Position numbers and translations under genes: made by a program
In this document: positions 49,005 to 52,151 of the stretch, in pieces
Numbering within the stretch: position 1 is the first letter of the stretch
Layout of the letters: every line of letters starts with the position of its first letter
Source: Deltaproteobacteria bacterium
Lineage (GTDB): Bacteria > Desulfobacterota > Dissulfuribacteria > Dissulfuribacterales > UBA3076
NCBI GenBank assembly: GCA_011042225.1
Contig: DQXT01000052.1
Coordinates: 1-52,151 of the forward strand
Direction: 5' to 3'
Length of the DNA stretch: 52,151 nt
Notes under the pieces: model-generated
Told to the model about the DNA's origin: nothing
What the model saw: the letters and a program-made list of their open reading frames with translations, nothing else
Databases searched by the model: none

Positions 49005-49335
49005 GCTTTATTACTTAAGACTTATGGTACACAATTGCTGGAAAGATATAGATCAAGCCAGAAAGTTACTCAAGCTTCCCGAACAGGTAACCAGGATAGA
49101 GATACAGGAGGCGTACAGGTGTCGCTGCAGAAATCTTCATCCCGACAAAAATGCATGTATAGATACATCGGAAAAGATGGCTAAACTGAATGCAGCTTAT
49201 AAAATTCTGATGGAATATGTGGATAGATATGAAATAAAACTCAATCCAAATCAAGATGGCATGACCGAGGGAGAATGGTGGATGCATCACTTCGGACAGG
49301 ACCCTATCTGGACTAAAAACTATGGGGACAAATAG
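48994..49335 (+). CDS. small stand-alone J-domain protein
   Basis: 113 aa. J-domain helices with an HPD loop (IQEAYRCRCRNLHPDKN...KMAKLNAAYKILMEYV). No G/F or zinc-finger region. The start is ambiguous: TTG 48994 overlaps the upstream gene by 11 nt, and ATG 49021 is the alternative. Confidence 0.7.
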   Translation: MKNRLYYLRLMVHNCWKDIDQARKLLKLPEQVTRIEIQEAYRCRCRNLHPDKNACIDTSEKMAKLNAAYKILMEYVDRYEIKLNPNQDGMTEGEWWMHHFGQDPIWTKNYGDK

Positions 49336-49337
49336 CT

Positions 49338-50555
49338 ATGGCTCTAATCGTTCAGAAATACGGCGGTTCTTCAGTAGCTAACTGTGATCTAATTAAAAGG
49401 GTTGCAGATCATGTAATCGCCTGCAAAAGGCAAGGGGATGATATAGTTGTAGTCCTCTCCGCCATGTCAGGGGAGACCGACAGGTTTATTGACATGGCAA
49501 AGCAAGTCCAGCCAAAATCCGATCCTAGAGAACTTGACGTATTGATGGCCGCTGGAGAGCAGATAACCATCTCTCTCTTTGCCATGGCAGTCAGAGATAA
49601 AGGTTTTGAGGCCACGTCTTTTCTGGGTTATCAGATTCCGATAGACACCGATTCAGCCCACGGGAAGGCCAGAATCCTGGACATATCAACTAAAAAACTC
49701 GATGCAGCTATCAAATCAGGGCATATTCCTGTTGTGGCAGGATTTCAAGGTGTTACGCCCAGAGGTAATATAACCACCCTCGGAAGGGGCGGCTCAGACA
49801 CAACTGCAGTGGCTGTGGCGGTAGTCCTTAATGCTGATATCTGCGAAATATATACAGATGTAGACGGAGTTTACACAACAGATCCCCATATATGTCCAAA
49901 TGCCAAAAAGATAGACAGAATCTCCTATGATGAGATGATGGAAATGGCCAGCCTCGGTGCGAAGGTCCTCGATATCCGGTCGGTGGAGTTTGCGATGCGA
50001 TACGGAATGCCTATCCATGTGAGATCGAGCTTCGTTTACAACACAGGGACTCATGTAGTTAAGGAGGATGAAATTATGGAACAGGTCTTGGTTTCAGGCG
50101 TTACTTACAGCCGAAATGAAGCACGCATTACCATCACCAAGGTCCCTGACAATCCGGGCATAGCTGCCAGCATATTTAATCCGATCTCGGATGCAAACAT
50201 TGTGGTTGATATGATCATCCAGAATACCCGGGCCAGTGACCTCACTGATATGACCTTTACTATTCCTCGGGCAGATTACGATCAGGCCATGGAGATCGTA
50301 AAAAAAGTGGCTGACCAGATCGGCGCGGAGACTGTGGCCGGAGACTGCTGCATTGCCAAAGTTTCTATAGTGGGAGTGGGCATGAGAAACCACGCAGGTG
50401 TAGCCAGTAAGATGTTCGACATCTTGTCCAGGCATGGAATCAATATTCTTATGATTAGTACTTCTGAGATCAAGATATCCTGCGTTATTGAGGAAAAATA
50501 TACTGAACTGGCTGTTCGTGCACTGCACGAGGAGTTTGGCCTGGATAATGGATAA
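49338..50555 (+). CDS. lysC: aspartate kinase
   Basis: 405 aa. Carries MALIVQKYGGSSVA, TLGRGGSDTTAVAVA and two C-terminal ACT domains. Confidence 0.95.
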   Translation: MALIVQKYGGSSVANCDLIKRVADHVIACKRQGDDIVVVLSAMSGETDRFIDMAKQVQPKSDPRELDVLMAAGEQITISLFAMAVRDKGFEATSFLGYQIPIDTDSAHGKARILDISTKKLDAAIKSGHIPVVAGFQGVTPRGNITTLGRGGSDTTAVAVAVVLNADICEIYTDVDGVYTTDPHICPNAKKIDRISYDEMMEMASLGAKVLDIRSVEFAMRYGMPIHVRSSFVYNTGTHVVKEDEIMEQVLVSGVTYSRNEARITITKVPDNPGIAASIFNPISDANIVVDMIIQNTRASDLTDMTFTIPRADYDQAMEIVKKVADQIGAETVAGDCCIAKVSIVGVGMRNHAGVASKMFDILSRHGINILMISTSEIKISCVIEEKYTELAVRALHEEFGLDNG

Positions 50556-52128
50556 AAAAATCAAAATATATGACACAACCCTCAGAGATGGGACTCAGGC
50601 CGAGGATTTTAACCTCTCTGTTGCGGATAAGGTCAGGATAACATTAAAACTTGATGATCTCGGCATCGATTACATCGAAGGGGGCTGGCCCGGCTCGAAT
50701 CCAAAAGACGAACAATATTTTCGCGAAATTCAACATTATTCGCTAAAACACGGCAGGATAGCCGCCTTTGGCAGCACCCATCACGCCAGACATCATGCCC
50801 ATGAAGATCAAAACCTACAGGCCCTCGTGGCAGCCAAGACCCCGGTTGTCATAATTTTTGGCAAGACATGGGAAATACATGTTAAAGACGTATTGAGAAT
50901 CTCCCCAGAGAGAAATCTGGAACTTATAGAGGATTCCCTATCCTGGCTTAGGCCCCAGGTCCAGACACTGTTCTACGACGCTGAACACTTTTTTGACGGA
51001 TATAAGACCGATCGGGCCTACGCCCTTGAGACCCTGCGCCGGGCATTGGCCGGAGGGACGGATTGTCTTGTGCTTTGTGATACCAATGGCGGAACTATGC
51101 CCCATGAAGTTACAGAGATCATTCGGGATGTCAGGAAAACATTGGGAGACGATGTTCAAATAGGTATCCATTGTCATAATGATGCCGAAGTTGCTGTAGC
51201 CAACTCTCTGGCAGCGGTAAGTGCTGGAGTGACACATATCCAGGGAACCATAAATGGTTTTGGCGAAAGGTGTGGAAACGCCAATCTCTGCTCCATAATT
51301 CCGGGCCTGGTGATCAAAATGGGTTATGAATGCACAGCAGGCAAAAATATCGATAAACTCACCACTGTGTCGAGGTTTGTCAGTGAAATCGCAAACCTCT
51401 CCCACAATAAGTACCAACCGTATGTGGGAGAAAGTGCCTTTGCTCACAAGGGCGGTATACATGTCAGTGCTGTCCAGCGCAACCCAGAATCATATGAACA
51501 CATAAGACCTGAACTGGTTGGAAATATACAGCGCATACTGGTCTCAGATCTTTCCGGGAAAAGCAACATCCTTGCCAAGGCCAAGCAGTTTGGCCTCGAC
51601 CTAGACAGCCACGATCCAATTGTGCTCGACATTGTGGCCCAGCTAAAGGAACTGGAATCCCAAGGCTTCCAGTTTGAAGGTGCGGAGGCGTCCTTTGAAC
51701 TGCTCATGAGAAAGGCCCTGGGCACACGGCGCAAGTACTTTGATCTCCTTGCCTTTAGGGTTATAGACCAGAAGTACAAAGATAATGAACCTGCCCAGGC
51801 AGAAGCTACTATTAAGGTGCGCGTAGGCGGCCATACAGAACACACTGCTGCAGTAGGCAATGGACCGGTGAATGCCCTGGATAATGCCATTAGGAAGGCC
51901 CTTGAAAAATTCTACCCGCAGCTCAAAGAAATGACACTGCAGGACTATAAGGTCAGGGTGCTTCCAGGAAGTCCCGGGACAGAAGCCAAGGTCAGGGTGC
52001 TGATAGAATCAAGGGATCAACACGACAAGTGGGGCACAGTCGGGCTTTCCAACGATATCATCGAGGCCAGTTGGCAGGCCCTTGTGGATGCTATTTGCTA
52101 TAAGTTACTCAAGTCAGAAAAAGAGTAA
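50548..52128 (+). CDS. cimA: (R)-citramalate synthase (LeuA-family, long CimA type)
   Basis: MDKKIKIYDTTLRDGTQ starts at ATG 50548, overlapping the lysC stop in ATGGATAA. Carries HCHNDAEVAVANSLAAV and HKGGIHV, with a C-terminal LeuA-dimer-like regulatory domain. The length of 526 aa and the adjacency to lysC fit the Geobacter-type cimA. CimA versus LeuA cannot be settled from sequence reading alone. Confidence 0.8.
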   Translation: MDKKIKIYDTTLRDGTQAEDFNLSVADKVRITLKLDDLGIDYIEGGWPGSNPKDEQYFREIQHYSLKHGRIAAFGSTHHARHHAHEDQNLQALVAAKTPVVIIFGKTWEIHVKDVLRISPERNLELIEDSLSWLRPQVQTLFYDAEHFFDGYKTDRAYALETLRRALAGGTDCLVLCDTNGGTMPHEVTEIIRDVRKTLGDDVQIGIHCHNDAEVAVANSLAAVSAGVTHIQGTINGFGERCGNANLCSIIPGLVIKMGYECTAGKNIDKLTTVSRFVSEIANLSHNKYQPYVGESAFAHKGGIHVSAVQRNPESYEHIRPELVGNIQRILVSDLSGKSNILAKAKQFGLDLDSHDPIVLDIVAQLKELESQGFQFEGAEASFELLMRKALGTRRKYFDLLAFRVIDQKYKDNEPAQAEATIKVRVGGHTEHTAAVGNGPVNALDNAIRKALEKFYPQLKEMTLQDYKVRVLPGSPGTEAKVRVLIESRDQHDKWGTVGLSNDIIEASWQALVDAICYKLLKSEKE

Positions 52129-52151
52129 GCGTTTACAGGGCACCGCATCTG

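Noticed and set aside
1-52151. Whole-window scan by eye for CRISPR repeats, long direct or inverted repeats, integrases or transposases, restriction-modification genes, toxin-antitoxin pairs and other defence genes.
   Set aside because: None was recognised. The window reads as core chromosome, with only small irregular patches at 21.9-24.7 kb and 32.8-36.8 kb. A computational repeat search could still find short repeats that I missed.

Overview
This 52-kb segment looks like core chromosome of an anaerobic Desulfobacterota ('deltaproteobacterial') organism. That placement is an inference from gene content: a multiheme c-type cytochrome, an overlapping lysC-cimA pair, DUF4390-NtrY-NtrX, DUF134 and a family-4 UDG. 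I can support about 45 genes, and most are housekeeping.

- **Amino-acid and central metabolism:** hisC, hisD, lysC, cimA, mdh, the 5' end of ppsA, and a divergent PEPCK-like gene.
- **Translation and RNA:** lysS, rng, tRNA-Gly(GCC) with a near-consensus promoter and terminator, and a cold-shock protein.
- **Cell envelope:** an unusually dense set comprising ddl, MltD-like, MltA, AsmA-family, LolC/E, PlsY, DegP/HtrA, FtsH, a parvulin PPIase, an NfeD-stomatin pair, VanZ, and two L,D-transpeptidase-fold genes.
- **DNA repair:** a family-4 UDG and an EndoQ-like PHP nuclease.

By eye I found no CRISPR array, transposase, integrase, toxin-antitoxin pair or recognisable defence system.

Items worth a second look:
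1. A Braun-lipoprotein-like alanine-zipper lipoprotein ending in Lys lies between a YafK/DpaA-like and an ErfK/YbiS-like L,D-transpeptidase-fold gene (44.4-47.0 kb). This may be an outer-membrane-to-peptidoglycan tether with both attachment and release enzymes, outside the gamma-proteobacteria.
2. A 12-heme cytochrome is interrupted by one in-frame UGA followed by a foldable hairpin (12.7-14.6 kb). It is either a candidate selenoprotein or a nonsense mutation.
3. A 1.8-kb locus (35.0-36.8 kb) reads as a 5'-truncated SPFH tail, zinc ribbons and a YdjG-like double zinc-ribbon protein once three homopolymer frameshifts are repaired.
4. An MscS gene is broken at a poly-A run.
5. A bacterial EndoQ homologue.
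6. A divergent PEPCK-like gene paired with a small J-domain protein.

All family assignments come from reading motifs in the translations. No database search was run.
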